The notes beneath the pieces were generated by a model that saw only the letters and a program-made list of their open reading frames with translations, was not told the origin of the DNA and made no database searches. A stretch of DNA of 64,000 nucleotides from a virus. Lineage: Duplodnaviria > Heunggongvirae > Uroviricota > Caudoviricetes. Positions 38,440 through 48,707 of this stretch are shown piece after piece; positions within the stretch are counted from its first letter, which is position 1, and every line of letters starts with the position of its first letter. The position numbers and the translations under genes are program-made. The DNA is taken from the IMG/VR virus record IMGVR_UViG_2563366977_000001, positions 1-64,000 of that record; one strand, 5' to 3'.

Positions 38440-38570
38440 AACTATTCATCCTTTAACATAAAAAACAAATACTTATAAAGCTGTGTGAGTCCGCAATACT
38501 ACTAATTTACACTTTGTAATGCAATGAGTTGATGTATGTCTTGTGACGCTGTTATTCATATCTGTAGGAG

Positions 38571-38909
38571 TTAAGATTTTTCGGTAATGGTGATTTCATC
38601 TCCTAGCCGATAACGGCGGGGAACGGAATTCTCCATCAGGTCGCGAATTGCTCCCGCCTCACGCAGTTCCTCTGTCTCCCAGTATCTGTTTGTCACCAGG
38701 TCAAGGCTGGCAATGACTTTATGCCGGTCATTCGGCATGGCTTCTTTTTCAGCCATTATCATCAGTGAGAACTCTTCATCCAGTAGAATTTGATACCAGA
38801 CTTTTGACAGTTCCAACTCTCTAATGAGGGTGAAGCGCCGCTCAATTGTGGCGGAAGAATAAGTGAAATCAATTTTTTTCGTGGCATACATTTTGCTGTG
38901 TCCGGTCAC
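38571..38909 (-). CDS. hypothetical protein
   Basis: Track ORF, 112 aa, downstream of the antirepressor gene. Confidence 0.3.
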   Translation of the reverse strand: MTGHSKMYATKKIDFTYSSATIERRFTLIRELELSKVWYQILLDEEFSLMIMAEKEAMPNDRHKVIASLDLVTNRYWETEELREAGAIRDLMENSVPRRYRLGDEITITEKS

Positions 38910-38947
38910 TTAGTAGTTAAAGCCCCGGCATGACCGGGGCAAATCTA

Positions 38948-39889
38948 TTAACTAACAATCCAGTCGGTCGCTGCTACATCTTCTGGCTGTAAATCAATCG
39001 CATAGATCTTGCCGTCGCGAATGGTGCGCCAGTTTTTCCGTGAGCCTCTTTCGGGCCATACCCAGACACTTTCAGGCCAGGATGCTCGACGGCATACGGT
39101 TGCATACCCTGTTTTAATCTTCTCTCTGGCGGTATGCAACGACAGGTTTGCCTTTGGACTTTCAGGCACAGGATGGTGAATGGCCTGAAATAGCCCCATC
39201 TTGGGATGATACCAGCGTTTGTTGCGTGGTTCTGCCTCCGACATAACCTGCTTAAAGGCTTTCCGGAAGGGGGCCAGGGCCACAATGGAGCGCCGCGCAA
39301 GCAAACCGTCGGGAGTTAAAAACTCATGCGTATCAGTGGGTATCCGGTAAGCGTTGACCAGGTTACGGCATTTGGCTTCAGTCAGGCCACATTTCGCCGC
39401 CAACTGGCGGTAGCCAATGTAGCCTTCCGGAATATTACCTTTCTTGATCTGCTCGACGGTTTCAGCGACTTTGGACACTTGTGCCGATACTTCGGCTACC
39501 TGGGCATTAACGGCGTTGATCCGGCGTTCATGCTCAAGATGCATTTGCGCCATTTCAGCCAGAATTTCGGCTTTTGATTTTAACTGTACCCGGGCATTCT
39601 CCAGTTCGCGCCAGCGGTCCACCAGCCGGGCGGTGAATTCGGGAGAGAGCTGCGCGACGACGACAATACTATCGCGCTTGCCTTGCTCGCCTTCGAAGAC
39701 ATAGACCGGATCTTTGACAACCTTCCCTAAGTTATTGATTCTTTCGACGAACTCATTTTGAGTTTCTCGGATGACACCGCTAGCCATCATATTGCGAATG
39801 GTACGTAAAACATTGCCGTGACGACTACCAACTAACTCTGCAATATCTAGGCTACTCATTGTCGCTTTTTGAGAGATGGACAGATTCAT
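38948..39889 (-). CDS. ant: phage antirepressor (Rha/Ant family)
   Basis: N-terminal MSSLDIAELVGSRHGNVLRTIRNM (Rha-type regulatory domain) plus C-terminal domain; start overlaps the upstream small ORF, as icd-ant does in P1. Confidence 0.55.
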   Translation of the reverse strand: MNLSISQKATMSSLDIAELVGSRHGNVLRTIRNMMASGVIRETQNEFVERINNLGKVVKDPVYVFEGEQGKRDSIVVVAQLSPEFTARLVDRWRELENARVQLKSKAEILAEMAQMHLEHERRINAVNAQVAEVSAQVSKVAETVEQIKKGNIPEGYIGYRQLAAKCGLTEAKCRNLVNAYRIPTDTHEFLTPDGLLARRSIVALAPFRKAFKQVMSEAEPRNKRWYHPKMGLFQAIHHPVPESPKANLSLHTAREKIKTGYATVCRRASWPESVWVWPERGSRKNWRTIRDGKIYAIDLQPEDVAATDWIVS

Positions 39890-40104
39890 CAGTGCACCTC
39901 CACGCAGTTCATCGGCAGATTCCAGTAATTGAGGATCTCCATCGCATCAAGAGTGAAGCGAGCAGCAAAAATGCAGGGTTCTTCGGGAAGGTATGAGCGC
40001 GCTTCTGCTTCGGTTGCAGCCATGACGCAGATATACAGGTGTTTTTGGCAGGAATAGAAACGCCAGATAAATTCAGAATGAGTTGGGGTAGGGATAGTAG
40101 CCAT
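39889..40104 (-). CDS. small protein in the Icd position upstream of ant
   Basis: 71 aa; assignment by synteny only. Confidence 0.25.
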   Translation of the reverse strand: MATIPTPTHSEFIWRFYSCQKHLYICVMAATEAEARSYLPEEPCIFAARFTLDAMEILNYWNLPMNCVEVH

Positions 40105-40119
40105 ATTGGCAGCCTCCTT

Positions 40120-40400
40120 TTGCTAATTTAAGGAGCTACCGCGTGAGGTCTCAATCTCAATGGCGGTAGCACTGGCTGGGTTGAGACTACCGGCGCAAAA
40201 GGGAACCGGCCTGCCTTTCGGCAGCCCAGCCAGCACTACCATTGATCTTGGAGCTATACGCTACGTATGGCTGTGCGATGGCATGACACAAAAAAAGACG
40301 CTTTCGGCGTCTGTGTCGCCTTTTGCATTATCCGGGGTCTCAATCCCGGCACCCGTTTTTCTAAGGTGCCGTAGAAATATACCTCACGATAATGCCAGGG
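40120..40400 (-). ncRNA. candidate structured antisense regulatory RNA (c4-like) in the ant leader
   Basis: Dense hairpins and repeated ggtctcaatc (x2) versus ttgagact; no ORF of 60 aa or more; operator-like motif at the promoter end. Confidence 0.3.
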
Positions 40401-40915
40401 CGCAACAGTCAGTATTTTATGCTTTGGCGGATTTCTTCCGGGCTTGCTTGCAGGCGTAGGCCATTGCTTTAGCTTTCACTTCATCCAGCTTTCCGGTGAT
40501 CACTTCTTTTCCGAGAGTGACAAACCAGTCATAGCAACCGCCAGTGATGTTCTGGATTTGAAAGTTGAGGTAGCGAACGGTCATTTTGACACCCCCAGCG
40601 CGAGTAAAGAATGCAGATTATCGCGTGAGTGGCGGACAACGAGTGATGGGAAAGGACAGTAGCTGTTCATAGTGTAGTGACTCCTTGCTTTCGGAGCCGC
40701 CATCGACTGTTCCACGGTCTGGTGGCGGCGCAATAAAGGTTGGAACACCGTGAGTCAACGGGGGCTTTTCAGCCACCTATATTGCACCGCCATTGGTATG
40801 GCGGCGGCAATCATACGAAAAACCAAACGGTTTGTCTCAAAAAGTTGACCGGTGTACCAATCGGTTGTGAATGTACAACGGCGAATCTCACAATTCAACT
40901 TAAAATGTTAGAAAA

Positions 40916-41533
40916 TTAATTCATTAATTCAGTCACCATCTGATACAACGTCATTTCATCAGCATTGTGCCGCCTGAAATCTGCTTTGCCGCCTATTTTT
41001 CCATCAGCATGAACAGGAACCAACCAGGGGTATTGCTCGCGGATCTCTGCTGGCGCTGCGTGTTGATGGTGCCATTTACACAAAGGGAGGACGTATTTAT
41101 GCGCGTTCTCTGCTGTTCTCCCAAAGATGTGGTGCAGGGATACCACAGGGCTATGCTGTCCGTGCATATGGCAGGCAATGCAGGGGAGAGCACCGATGGC
41201 AGTTTGTATCCGGCGCTCATCTGCTGTGAGTGTTCTGCCTTTCAGGCCGCGTGACGCGCGCGTTTTTTTGACAGGAGCAGAAGCGGCCTTCTCTTTTCTT
41301 CGCTGTTCATATTGCTTCGCTTTTTCAATTTTCTTTTGCCGATATTCAGGCGATGCGGCTTTTTCTCGCGCACGCTGCTGCTGGCGTTGAGCTTGCTGAA
41401 GACGCTTTGCCCTTTGTTCCTCCCGCCATTTCGGATCAGCCAGTTTTTGCAGGGCTTTTTGTGTCTGTTTCTCCCAATAGCTTTGCTTCATAGAAATACC
41501 CGGTTTGTCTACATAGCCGCTATGGTTGATCAA
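40916..41533 (-). CDS. HNH endonuclease with basic N-terminal region (P1 Ref-like)
   Basis: CIACHMHGQHSPVVSLHHIFGRTAENAHKYVLPLCKWHHQ HNH motif; K/R/Q-rich N-terminus; operator palindrome directly upstream. Confidence 0.5.
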   Translation of the reverse strand: MINHSGYVDKPGISMKQSYWEKQTQKALQKLADPKWREEQRAKRLQQAQRQQQRAREKAASPEYRQKKIEKAKQYEQRRKEKAASAPVKKTRASRGLKGRTLTADERRIQTAIGALPCIACHMHGQHSPVVSLHHIFGRTAENAHKYVLPLCKWHHQHAAPAEIREQYPWLVPVHADGKIGGKADFRRHNADEMTLYQMVTELMN

Positions 41534-41535
41534 AC

Positions 41536-41567
41536 GTGTTAGAAAATCAAAATTGATTTTCTAACAC
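41536..41567. promoter_or_regulatory. perfect palindromic operator GTGTTAGAAAATCAA-AA-TTGATTTTCTAACAC in a divergent promoter region
   Basis: Seen directly between the Ref-like gene and the rightward early operon. Confidence 0.6.
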
Positions 41568-41763
41568 AAAATGAAGATACTTTTTTTCAGACGCTATATC
41601 AGGAGGTCATGATGCTTGTCGCAATAAGTGCAATCCACCAGCAATCCGGTACAGAAATTGGGTTGCTATATGCCCTGTTTTTCACTGTCCTGGCGTTGTT
41701 TGAGCTGGGCATTGAACTCTTTGCTCTCATCAACTTTTGCGTAACGTTCCTGGGGAAACTTTG

Positions 41764-42375
41764 ATGTCAAAACGCATTATGAAAATTTACATCGCGGGTC
41801 CGATGACTGGTTATCCCGACTACAACCGCACAGCGTTTTTTTCGAAAGCAAAAGAGCTGATGGAGGTAGGGCATATTGTTCTGAATCCGGCGCTGTTACC
41901 TGCTGGCCTCTGCCAGAGCGAATACATGGATATTTGCCTTGCAATGGTGCGTTCGGCTAATGCGGTCTATTTGCTCAAGGGGTGGGAGGAATCAGTTGGC
42001 GCTCGTGCAGAGCACGAGCTGGCTCAAAAGCTGGGGCTGAATGTAATTTATGAGTCACCAACCAACATTGAATGCCAGGTTGCTCCGCATATTTACCGGG
42101 AACTGGTCAATGCACTGCGTGATATCGCTGCTGTATATCACGGCACAGAACAGCTTCGTGAGCGTTTAGCCCATACCATTTCCTATTACCTGTCTGCATC
42201 TCATGAGCACAAGCTCCGTCAGAAGGTAATGATCAAATTTATCATGAGGTTATCGAAATCCCTGGCAAACGCCGATCCAAAGAATCCATTACCGAAAGTG
42301 GCAATGAATTACCTGAAGTCCTGCAACATTGTTTCTGAAGATGGCGTTCTTTTGGTTAGAAGGAGTTCTGCGTGA
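41764..42375 (+). CDS. nucleoside 2-deoxyribosyltransferase-like protein
   Basis: MKIYIAGPMTGYPDYN...VLNPA pattern; start ambiguous (track ORF begins at 41737). Confidence 0.4.
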   Translation: MSKRIMKIYIAGPMTGYPDYNRTAFFSKAKELMEVGHIVLNPALLPAGLCQSEYMDICLAMVRSANAVYLLKGWEESVGARAEHELAQKLGLNVIYESPTNIECQVAPHIYRELVNALRDIAAVYHGTEQLRERLAHTISYYLSASHEHKLRQKVMIKFIMRLSKSLANADPKNPLPKVAMNYLKSCNIVSEDGVLLVRRSSA

Positions 42376-42689
42376 GCTGGCGGGGATGGGGAAGGGCAGA
42401 AATCATGATACTCCGCCAGTGCGCCGGGACTATGACAGTCGAGGGTATTGGGAGACTGATCGGGCGTACCGGTGGTGCTGTCAGGACTAAAGCGCGGCAA
42501 TTGCGGATCAGCATGATTCTGAAAGGTGACTTTCACCAGTCAGCCAAATACCGGCAGAGCGATATAGAGCTGGCGCGGCAGCTTCATCAGTGTGGCGTTC
42601 CCCGCCGTGAGATCGCAGAAAAACTCGAAATGCCCCTGGGAATGATTAATCAGTACGTTTATTTCGAAAGGAGAGTGCATGAAGTCTGA
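42372..42689 (+). CDS. hypothetical small DNA-binding-like protein
   Basis: Track ORF, 105 aa, GTG start overlapping the upstream stop. Confidence 0.3.
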   Translation: MSWRGWGRAEIMILRQCAGTMTVEGIGRLIGRTGGAVRTKARQLRISMILKGDFHQSAKYRQSDIELARQLHQCGVPRREIAEKLEMPLGMINQYVYFERRVHEV

Positions 42690-43245
42690 AGGTTTAACGC
42701 CCGCACAACTGGCAGAGCGTAACGCTGAGTATGTAACGGAAATTTCCCGACTTGAGAAAGAGCGCGCGGCGCTGGCGGCGGAGAATGCAAGACTGAAGGC
42801 CGGGGCTATGTATTTCTCATATGGCTCTGAATTTAGTTTCGAGTGTCACAAAACTGCTGAGGAGGCTATCGCTGCTGCTGAGGCTGCAATTGACGACTAT
42901 AGAGGCGATGCTTGCGATGGATGGAGCGAAGAGGTCGAAAGCATTTGCTGGGGGGTAATTATTCAGCAGGCAACCAAGGTCGGTGAACGCAAGAAGAGGA
43001 AATGCGACAGAGTATCACCATGGATTGAAAGAGTTTGTGATTATGAGCTTCGACCTAATGTCGAAACCCCAGCCACCGACGCTTTCCTGGCTGAAGTCCG
43101 GGCGCAGGGATTGGAGATGTTTGCACAGAAATGTAACTCAAAATCCGAACAGTCGCTTGCATCTGATATACGCGATAACTGGAAACTACTCGGTGAACAT
43201 GCAACTGACTTTGCCGATGAGCTTCGAAGAGGAATCAGCAAGTGA
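42679..43245 (+). CDS. hypothetical protein (coiled-coil N-terminus)
   Basis: Track ORF, 188 aa. Confidence 0.3.
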   Translation: MKSEGLTPAQLAERNAEYVTEISRLEKERAALAAENARLKAGAMYFSYGSEFSFECHKTAEEAIAAAEAAIDDYRGDACDGWSEEVESICWGVIIQQATKVGERKKRKCDRVSPWIERVCDYELRPNVETPATDAFLAEVRAQGLEMFAQKCNSKSEQSLASDIRDNWKLLGEHATDFADELRRGISK

Positions 43246-43517
43246 ATATCGACACGACAATAACGATCGATACGCTCCTAAATACCGGTCTGGCACTTCT
43301 CGGTTGGCTTTACATCATGTCCCGTACATGGCGATGGCTGGGTTCCATTTTCCTGAAACAGTGGAAAAAACGGCGCAAACAGGAACTACGCCAGAAGGCA
43401 TTAGAAGCGTTCTATGACGCATTTGAGCTTAGCCGCATTGAACCAGGTACAACAGCCAGGATAGCGACAAAAGGCGACCTGATGATAGTGATGTTCAGAC
43501 AGGAGAAAACAAAATGA
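43242..43517 (+). CDS. small membrane-anchored protein
   Basis: Track ORF, 91 aa, with a hydrophobic helix. Confidence 0.3.
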   Translation: MNIDTTITIDTLLNTGLALLGWLYIMSRTWRWLGSIFLKQWKKRRKQELRQKALEAFYDAFELSRIEPGTTARIATKGDLMIVMFRQEKTK

Positions 43518-43738
43518 CAGAACAGACGATGACAAATCGCGAACTTGTTGATGCCGCGATTGAACTTGCTGGCGATTTTTATTCCATGTTGGGTTACGAG
43601 CATCGACCTGGTTTTAAGTATTGGGAGTCACCGCATCCGCAAGAACAACAGGTGTTTGAAATGGCCTGCCGTGCTTTTGAGGTTATTCGCGGTTCTGATG
43701 TGATGGAGGCCGTTGCCGACTTGGAGGATGAAGAGTGA
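43514..43738 (+). CDS. hypothetical protein
   Basis: Track ORF, 74 aa, overlapping its neighbours. Confidence 0.3.
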   Translation: MTEQTMTNRELVDAAIELAGDFYSMLGYEHRPGFKYWESPHPQEQQVFEMACRAFEVIRGSDVMEAVADLEDEE

Positions 43739-44046
43739 GCATCATTAAAGAAATGCCGGTAGAACGTGATGAATATGGCTGCTGGACACATCCGGAGTAT
43801 GAAAAGTTTTGCGCAGGTCGTGAATATATATCCACTGAGGAATTTGACGCCTGGATGAAGGAAAATAATCTTCAGTGGACTATTCGCAGTATGGATGAAG
43901 ATCATTTTAATCTGGACGCAGATGGTCCCGATATTGCCGCCTGGGAACCAGAGCGACCAGAGGGCGAAGGATGGTTTGTTGGCTCTATTCATGACACTGA
44001 AGATGGCCCGGTTTGTATCTGGCTGCGGGAGAAGGTTGCCGCATGA
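43735..44046 (+). CDS. hypothetical protein
   Basis: Track ORF, 103 aa. Confidence 0.3.
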   Translation: MSIIKEMPVERDEYGCWTHPEYEKFCAGREYISTEEFDAWMKENNLQWTIRSMDEDHFNLDADGPDIAAWEPERPEGEGWFVGSIHDTEDGPVCIWLREKVAA

Positions 44047-44729
44047 CCCAGGCGCTGCATGAAGTGAATTTATATAGCCGTATTGATGGTTCAGGCTACA
44101 GAAACATATGGGTTGTTGGTGATCTGCATGGTTGCTACACCAGATTGATGTCTGAACTTCATCGTGTGGACTTTGACCCGACACAGGATTTACTGATATC
44201 GGTTGGCGACCTTATCGATCGCGGCACCGAAAATGTTGAATGCCTGGAGCTATTGCAGATGCCCTGGTTTCGGTCGGTTATGGGAAACCACGAGCGATTA
44301 ATGATCGATGCGTTAAGCCCCGCAGGCAACGTGAATAACTGGCTAATGAATGGCGGCCAATGGTTCTTCATGCTGGACGCTGATCGGGAAATATTAGCCA
44401 GGGCGCTGGTGGAACTGGTAAGACGTTTACCCTATATCATTGAGTTGAACACCGGGCATGAAACTATCGTTATAGCCCATGCCGACTATCCTGATAACGA
44501 ATACCAGTTTGGTAAACCTGTTAGCGATCTCAATGTTACCTGGCGGCGTGAGCGATTTTATGACGCGGTTGATGGTGTTGGTGGAATGATCACTGGTGCA
44601 GATAGCTTTATTTTCGGGCATACGCCAGTAAACAGCCCGAAATCTTTCTGGAACCAGCACTACATAGACACTGGCGCGGTTTTTTGCGGAAATCTGACGC
44701 TAAAGCAGGTGAAGGGAGGACAGCCGTAA
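44013..44729 (+). CDS. serine/threonine protein phosphatase (lambda PPase / PrpA-like metallophosphatase)
   Basis: GDLHGC, GDLIDRG and GNHE metallophosphoesterase motifs. Confidence 0.8.
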   Translation: MYLAAGEGCRMTQALHEVNLYSRIDGSGYRNIWVVGDLHGCYTRLMSELHRVDFDPTQDLLISVGDLIDRGTENVECLELLQMPWFRSVMGNHERLMIDALSPAGNVNNWLMNGGQWFFMLDADREILARALVELVRRLPYIIELNTGHETIVIAHADYPDNEYQFGKPVSDLNVTWRRERFYDAVDGVGGMITGADSFIFGHTPVNSPKSFWNQHYIDTGAVFCGNLTLKQVKGGQP

Positions 44730-44760
44730 TCCTGAACACATCGTTTATGCACTCAAAACC

Positions 44761-44792
44761 GTGTTAGAATATTGATTTTAATTTTCTAACAT
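44761..44792. promoter_or_regulatory. operator-like palindrome GTGTTAGAATATTGATTTTAATTTTCTAACAT inside the early operon
   Basis: Same motif family as 41536-41567. Confidence 0.5.
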
Positions 44793-44833
44793 ATTATTTT
44801 ACCGCTCGGAACAAAACAGAGTCGGTATACATT

Positions 44834-45829
44834 ATGAGTGCAATAATCACACCTCATTTCGTAAACGGAGCTGGTGTGGCTGTCTTTCCGGTAGACAAGC
44901 CCACCAGCAACTACATTGGCGCAGGTCGCCGTTTCATTATCTCTCCACTTCCGCGCGAACAGGCTGAAAACACGCCAGATGGCGTAGTGGATCTGAACTA
45001 TTCGCTGGTTGCCAACCAGTCTCTGAAAGCATTTTTTCAAAGCGAGCGCGTATTTAACGCATTAGGCGGTGAAGATTCGCTTGTTCATTGGGTAAGTTCC
45101 AATATCCACGATTGCCAGGCGCACGATAAGCGCGATTGCAGCCACCAGCTAACCACTCATTTCTATAACGGCTCTGCCGTTCGCCTGTGCTGGAAGCATG
45201 ATGCGGAATACATGATGAAGGGGTACGGCAAGCTGGATGACCAGTTATCCCTGAATCGTGCCAACTGGGTTATGAACTGGGCTGCGAGCGAGTTAAAACT
45301 ACCGCCAGAACGCGATCTGAGCATGGTTGAACTCACTTTTTGGGCCATTCGCCGGAATCTGAAAGACGAGCTGCCAGATGAAGCCGGTCGCATTGCATTT
45401 TGTCAGCCAAAACAGGAAATCCCTACCGGCACACTGAAAGAATCGGATATCACCTGGGAGCACAGCACCCGTGAGCTGGTGGACATAACCGCAGAGCAGA
45501 TCGTCAACCTGTCTGTAGATGAGGATTCCGGCCTGCTGTATATGCGCCGACCAAAAGCGGTTCTCGGTAAAAGCCCGGCTTATCTCCGGTTTGTGATTTC
45601 TCGTCCGTGCATCGGATGCGGAGGCAAAGTTAATCACCCGTTCATGTACCGCGCCCGCTCGTTAAACGAACACGATCGCTGGGCCGTTCCTCTTTGCGAT
45701 GAATGCGCCAGAAGCGCAGAAAACGATGTCCGGGCATGGGAAAAAACACATGGCATACGCCTTTACGTAGCCGCCAACCAGCTTTTCGACTTCGCCATCG
45801 AGCGCGGAGTGATCACGTTCAATAACTGA
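44834..45829 (+). CDS. hypothetical protein with C-terminal Cys/His zinc-binding motif
   Basis: 331 aa; RPCIGCGGKVNHPFMYRA...PLCDECA. Confidence 0.35.
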   Translation: MSAIITPHFVNGAGVAVFPVDKPTSNYIGAGRRFIISPLPREQAENTPDGVVDLNYSLVANQSLKAFFQSERVFNALGGEDSLVHWVSSNIHDCQAHDKRDCSHQLTTHFYNGSAVRLCWKHDAEYMMKGYGKLDDQLSLNRANWVMNWAASELKLPPERDLSMVELTFWAIRRNLKDELPDEAGRIAFCQPKQEIPTGTLKESDITWEHSTRELVDITAEQIVNLSVDEDSGLLYMRRPKAVLGKSPAYLRFVISRPCIGCGGKVNHPFMYRARSLNEHDRWAVPLCDECARSAENDVRAWEKTHGIRLYVAANQLFDFAIERGVITFNN

Positions 45830-45833
45830 TGGA

Positions 45834-46412
45834 GTGGATCAAAAAATGAAAGAACGCGGGATGATTTTTAACGATGAGATGGTCCGGGCAATTCTTGGCG
45901 GGAATAAAACACAGACTCGCAGGATTGTTGAAGAAAAATTCTATGGACGAGCAGTTGCCGCAGAGTTGCTTGCTAAGCATTGTCCATATGGTCAACCGGG
46001 CGATCGTATTTGGGTTCGCGAAACCTACCGGGTACATGGCAAAGCGACGGACGTCGCAACGCTGGTTTATCGCGCAAGCGTGCGTAACTCCTGGACAGAA
46101 CAAACGCACCGGGTTCCGGTCGAGGTTTGTAATAAACCAGTATCAGAAAAGTGGACGCCATCAATTCACATGCCGCGCTGGGCATCGCGCATTCTTCTGG
46201 AAATTACCGACGTGCGTGTGGAACGGCTGCATGACATGAGCGAGGCGGATGCTAAAGCAGAAGGCGCAGCTCCGGCGACGTACAAGATTACGCCACCTGA
46301 AGCTGTTTATCGCGTTGGTTTTGGTGATATCTGGCGCAGTATTTACGGGCAGGATAACTGGCTATCTAACCCGTGGGTATGGGTAATCGAGTTTAAGCGC
46401 ATTCAGGAATAA
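45834..46412 (+). CDS. conserved phage protein of unknown function
   Basis: 192 aa, beginning MIFNDEMVRAILGGNKTQTRR, a motif I recognise from prophage proteins. Confidence 0.35.
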   Translation: MDQKMKERGMIFNDEMVRAILGGNKTQTRRIVEEKFYGRAVAAELLAKHCPYGQPGDRIWVRETYRVHGKATDVATLVYRASVRNSWTEQTHRVPVEVCNKPVSEKWTPSIHMPRWASRILLEITDVRVERLHDMSEADAKAEGAAPATYKITPPEAVYRVGFGDIWRSIYGQDNWLSNPWVWVIEFKRIQE

Positions 46413-46415
46413 ACC

Positions 46416-47294
46416 GTGAGTATGCATCAAGTCGTCAGCTTTTCAGGTGGACGAACATCGGCTTATCTCGTTCATCTGATGGAAGCACAGCGAAAAGCTG
46501 GCGCTAGCGTCCATTTCATTTTTATGGATACCGGCTGTGAACATCCTCTGACGTATCGCTTTATTCGTGAGGTTGTGAAGTTCTGGAACGTACCGCTAAC
46601 GGTGTTGCAGGTCGATATAAATCCAGAACTTGGGCAGCCAAATGGTTATACGGTATGGGAACCAAAGGATATTCAGACTCGACTGCCGGTGCTTAAACCG
46701 TTTATGGACATGGTTAAAAAGTACGGTACGCCATACATCGGCGGCGCGTTCTGTACCGACAGGCTAAAACTCACCCCTTTCACGAAATATTGCGATGACC
46801 ATTTTGGGCGAGGGAACTACATCACGTGGCTGGGTATTCGTGCAGACGAACCCCGTAGGCTGAAACCGAAACCGGGCGTCCGGTATCTTGCCGAGCTGTC
46901 AGATTTTGATAAGTCGGATGTTATCCGGTGGTGGCGAAAACAACCTTTTGATTTGCAAATCCCGGAGCACCTCGGGAACTGTGTTTTTTGCATCAAAAAG
47001 TCAACGCAAAAGCTGGGGCTTGCATGTAAAGACGAACCAGGTCTGATGCGGGTTTTTAATGAACTGGTTACAGGCAAACACGTCAGGGATGGTCATCGCA
47101 GAACAGGTAAAGACGTTATGTACCGTGGTCACCTGACGCTTGACGGGATTACCAGAATGTATGCCGACAGCGACTACAGAAATTTGTATCAGGCGATGGT
47201 GCAGGCCAAGCGGTTTGATACTGGTTCGTGTTCCGAATCATGTGAAATCTGGGGTGACCAATTGGAGTTGAAATTCGAAGAGGTAGTGGAATGA
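46416..47294 (+). CDS. phosphoadenosine phosphosulfate (PAPS) reductase family protein
   Basis: VVSFSGGRTSAYLV PP-loop-like motif near the N-terminus; 292 aa. Confidence 0.55.
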   Translation: MSMHQVVSFSGGRTSAYLVHLMEAQRKAGASVHFIFMDTGCEHPLTYRFIREVVKFWNVPLTVLQVDINPELGQPNGYTVWEPKDIQTRLPVLKPFMDMVKKYGTPYIGGAFCTDRLKLTPFTKYCDDHFGRGNYITWLGIRADEPRRLKPKPGVRYLAELSDFDKSDVIRWWRKQPFDLQIPEHLGNCVFCIKKSTQKLGLACKDEPGLMRVFNELVTGKHVRDGHRRTGKDVMYRGHLTLDGITRMYADSDYRNLYQAMVQAKRFDTGSCSESCEIWGDQLELKFEEVVE

Positions 47295-47494
47295 CAATCG
47301 TAAAAACCCATACCGGTACCGTGATCACCAAAGATGGCCCGCAGGTAAAAAAACTGCACCAAACAGAGCGGATGTGGGGCGTTGGCAAAAACGAGTTTTA
47401 CCACAAAGAAACTGGACGCCGCCATTTTGCAGAAAATACGCGCCGCCGACTGCTGTTAGACACCATCAAGCCTATCGAGGTGAAGCATGTTTAA
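47291..47494 (+). CDS. hypothetical protein
   Basis: Track ORF, 67 aa, overlapping its neighbours. Confidence 0.3.
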   Translation: MTIVKTHTGTVITKDGPQVKKLHQTERMWGVGKNEFYHKETGRRHFAENTRRRLLLDTIKPIEVKHV

Positions 47495-47726
47495 ACAGAA
47501 CGAAAAAGCTATCGCTCAAATTGCTGATTATATCCCGCGTGCGTGCCGGGGTATGCAGTTGCAGGAAGCCAAAGCGCGCCTGGAGAAAAAAATTGCGCTC
47601 TATATTGATGACGGCTGTGATGCCGCCGTTCTTAACGCGGCGTTCGCACCAGCTCTTAACTGTCATACTCGGGAGTCTTTTTTTTCGTGCATCGCAGCGC
47701 AACTCCGCAAAGGAGGCAACCAGTGA
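47487..47726 (+). CDS. hypothetical protein
   Basis: Track ORF, 79 aa. Confidence 0.3.
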   Translation: MFKQNEKAIAQIADYIPRACRGMQLQEAKARLEKKIALYIDDGCDAAVLNAAFAPALNCHTRESFFSCIAAQLRKGGNQ

Positions 47727-47989
47727 GTGAGTCAAAATGCCAAATTAATGGCAACAAGATAGAACCGTGCGCGGCGTTGACGCAATCCCTGGAACATGAC
47801 GCTGAATACACGACGCGAAAAGGTCTGCTGAAATACAAAATCTATAACCATGCATTAATTCATTCACAAGACCTGATCATGCTGCGGTCAGGCGAGTTTT
47901 CTAAATCGCCGATTCGAATTTCATTTTGCCCGTTCTGTGGTGAAAGTCTGAAAACGTGGGAAGCGGAGGCAACCAGTGATCAAAATTAA
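47723..47989 (+). CDS. small zinc-ribbon protein
   Basis: CPFCGE motif; probable GTG start overlapping the upstream stop (track ORF starts at 47687). Confidence 0.3.
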   Translation: MSESKCQINGNKIEPCAALTQSLEHDAEYTTRKGLLKYKIYNHALIHSQDLIMLRSGEFSKSPIRISFCPFCGESLKTWEAEATSDQN

Positions 47990-48707
47990 CTATCAAGAAC
48001 TGCGCGAGGCGGCGGAACAGGCAACGCAAGATGAATGGGTAGCATATATTTTGCCGGGTCATAACGGCATTTATCCTGCGCGCACGTCTGAGGGTAGGCA
48101 TTGCGGATACTTTATTGACTGGCCTGGCATTGATGGGCAAAGGAATGCTGGTGCTAATGCCCGTTATATCGCGGCTATCCCACCAAAAGTTGCGCTGGCA
48201 CTACTGGATGAGATCAACGCATTAGAGGAAACGCGTATCAACGATGTTTGCCGTATTGTGGAACTAACAAAACAACTGGAGTCGGCAAAATCAAAACTCA
48301 ACGAGCAGCGCGAGCATTACGAGGGAGTAATCGCGGATGGAGGTAAGCGCATAGCAGAACTGGAAAAACAATGCGCTGAATCGGAGCGAAAAGCATTAAG
48401 CAACTTTGAAGAGTGTGCTGCGATGGCTGAACGTATCGAAGAGTTGGAGCAGGCCAACACAAGACAGGACGCCAATATAAACCACCAGCAGGAGGGCGTG
48501 ACTCAATCAGTCACCCGATACATATATCACTACAACGCAGTGAATGGTTCTGACTCTATGTCTGGAATTGCGCGGTTAACTTTCATGATCAAATCACAAT
48601 CTGACCTTGACGCACTTAAAAGCGCACTTAGCAAGGTTGGTGGTTTCCGTGCAAAAGCAATTACATCTCTTTCATATCTTGGGTGTGAGGAAGATAGCAA
48701 ACGATGA
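47976..48707 (+). CDS. Ead/Ea22-like protein
   Basis: YIAAIPPKVALALLDEINALEE motif and coiled-coil centre. Confidence 0.45.
   Translation: MIKINYQELREAAEQATQDEWVAYILPGHNGIYPARTSEGRHCGYFIDWPGIDGQRNAGANARYIAAIPPKVALALLDEINALEETRINDVCRIVELTKQLESAKSKLNEQREHYEGVIADGGKRIAELEKQCAESERKALSNFEECAAMAERIEELEQANTRQDANINHQQEGVTQSVTRYIYHYNAVNGSDSMSGIARLTFMIKSQSDLDALKSALSKVGGFRAKAITSLSYLGCEEDSKR

Noticed and set aside
40140-40360. tRNA-like hairpins (P1 encodes tRNAs)
   Set aside because: No canonical T-loop (GTTCRANYC) or acceptor-stem arrangement could be found; kept only as a candidate structured regulatory RNA.
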